The notes below the pieces were generated by a model. The model was given only the letters and a program-made list of their open reading frames with translations. It had not been told where the DNA came from and ran no database searches. Positions 62,465 through 64,000 of a stretch of DNA of 64,000 bases are shown here, piece by piece; positions within the stretch are counted from its first letter, which is position 1; each line of letters begins with the position of its first letter. Location: assembly GCF_964213995.1 (NCBI RefSeq), contig NC_135801.1:93000001-93064000 (forward strand). Reading direction: 5' to 3'. Position numbers and translations under genes: made by a program. The stretch comes from Mustelus asterias (taxonomy: Eukaryota).

Positions 62465-63015
62465 TTGGTTTGATTTATTATTGTCACATATGGGGATAGA
62501 GTGAAAAGTATTGTTTCTTTAGCACTATACAGACAAAGCATATGGTTCATACTGTTCAGGAAAGGAGAGGATGCAGAATGTAGTGTTACAGTCACAGCTG
62601 GGGTGTAGAGAAAGATCAACTTAATATAAGGTAATATGAAAGTCTGATGGGAGCAGGGAAGAAGCTGTTCCTGAGTCGGTTGGTACGTGACCTTCGACTT
62701 TTGTATCTTTTTCCCGACAGAAGAAGGTGGAAGAGACTAAGTCCGGGGTGCGTGGAGTCCTTGATTATGCTGGCTGCTTTTTCGAGGCAGAGGGAAGTGT
62801 CGACAGAATCGATGGATGGGAGGCTGGTTTGTGTGATGGACTGGGCTTCGTTCATGACCCTTTGTAGTTTCTTGGGGTCTTGGATAGAGCAGGAGCCATA
62901 CCAAGCTGTGATACAACCAGAAAGAATGCTTTCTATGGTGCATCTGTAAAAGTTGGTGAGATTCCTAGTGGACATGCTGAATTTCCTTAGCCTCCTGAGA
63001 AAGTAGAGATGCCCT
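62465..63015 (-). mobile_element. Rex1/Babar LINE 3' part
   Basis: ORF 62616..62975 has LTNFYRCTIESILSGCITAWYG...HPGLSLFHLLLSGKRY...RLRNSFFP. Tail matches 40590-40635. Confidence 0.88.
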
Positions 63016-63816
63016 CCTCCCCAGTTTATTTTCTCTGTCTCCCTCCCTCTCTCCCCTAATTTGTGTTGTTCTCTCTCCCTCCTTCAGTTTGCTTTCACTC
63101 TCCAGCCCAGTTTGTGTTAACGCTCCATTCTCGTGTGTGTGTGTCTGACAGTCTCTATCCTGCTCCCAGTTTGTAAAGTTGCAATATCTCTCTGACATGA
63201 ATATATTTTGACTCAAGCACACTGAACTTTCCTAAAGTGGAGCCTCATATAACATGAATGCTGATTTTTAAATCCGGCCTCACAAAAAGACAAAAGAAAT
63301 TAATTGTGGAAGATCTCATTTACAAACATGTTAACGGTCATGCTGACAGGTGTTTTGTTAAAATATCTCACAGGGCCTTTGAACAGAGTCATTTACAGGA
63401 TGGATTTTCTTGGGAACACTGCTCATCTCTGTATCAAAAACCCATAAACCAGCCTTGAAATAAACTTCACCTTTGCTTAGCAATTATTATCAGCTGAAAA
63501 CAAATCCAAACTTTATCTGATATTAATGTCACCTCAACTCTTTAAAAAGCACCATTATTTTAGATTTATCATATATAATCAAGTGGCATATATTTACTGT
63601 GTGCAGTACAATGCTAACTGAATGAAAATTGGAACTGACAGCAGTTCAAGTTGGGTACTGGTTGATTGCTTGGGAAAGCTGATGCACTTTAACTCTGGAA
63701 CTCTCTCCCCTGAAAAGCTGTGAAGGATTGGACAACTGAAATTTTCAAAACTGTAAAGCTAGATTTTTATCAAGCAAGGATATTAATAGTCATAGAATCA
63801 AGACAGATAAATGTCT

Positions 63817-64000
63817 GGGTGGCATGGTGGCACAGTGTTAGCATTGTTGCCTCACAATGCCAGTGACCCGGGTTCGATTTCAGCCTTGGGTGACTGTGTG
63901 TGGAGTTTGCATGTTCTCTCAGTGTCTGCGTGGGTTTCCTCCCACAGTCCAAAGATATGCCGGTTAGGTGGATTGGCTATGATCAATGCGCAGGGTTACG
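63817..64000 (+). mobile_element. HE1-type SINE, cut by the window end
   Basis: Head and core present. Confidence 0.85.

Overview
This is vertebrate genomic DNA, almost certainly from a shark or other elasmobranch, judged by its repeats: HE1-type V-SINEs, HER1/CR1 LINEs, Deu-domain SINEs and Penelope-like elements. The window lies inside the large introns of a minus-strand KCNIP4 (KChIP4) gene. A 102-bp exon at 10006-10107 encodes [28 protein letters not shown], which matches my recollection of mammalian KCNIP4 exon II. It ends in a GC donor and has RBFOX motifs upstream. A candidate alternative first coding exon sits at 16637-16760 (ATG to CAG|GTGAGT, phase-compatible with exon II). The rest is a dense mix of transposable elements: one near full-length but disrupted CR1 (esterase ORF1, APE and RT), a 5'-truncated CR1 with an intact RT frame, L2, Rex1/Babar, Gypsy and Harbinger relics, solo LTRs with 5-bp TSDs, a hAT element carrying a 32-bp minisatellite, and Penelope-like inverted termini with minimal hammerhead-ribozyme motifs, including a 244-bp-arm near-perfect palindrome. 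Most ORFs in the supplied track are repeat-derived or antisense artefacts. I see no firm evidence of a wholly new system. The best leads are the candidate KCNIP4 first exon, the splicing signals around exon II, and the ribozyme-bearing hairpin. Family names come from motif recognition, not database searches, and boundaries of old repeats are approximate.
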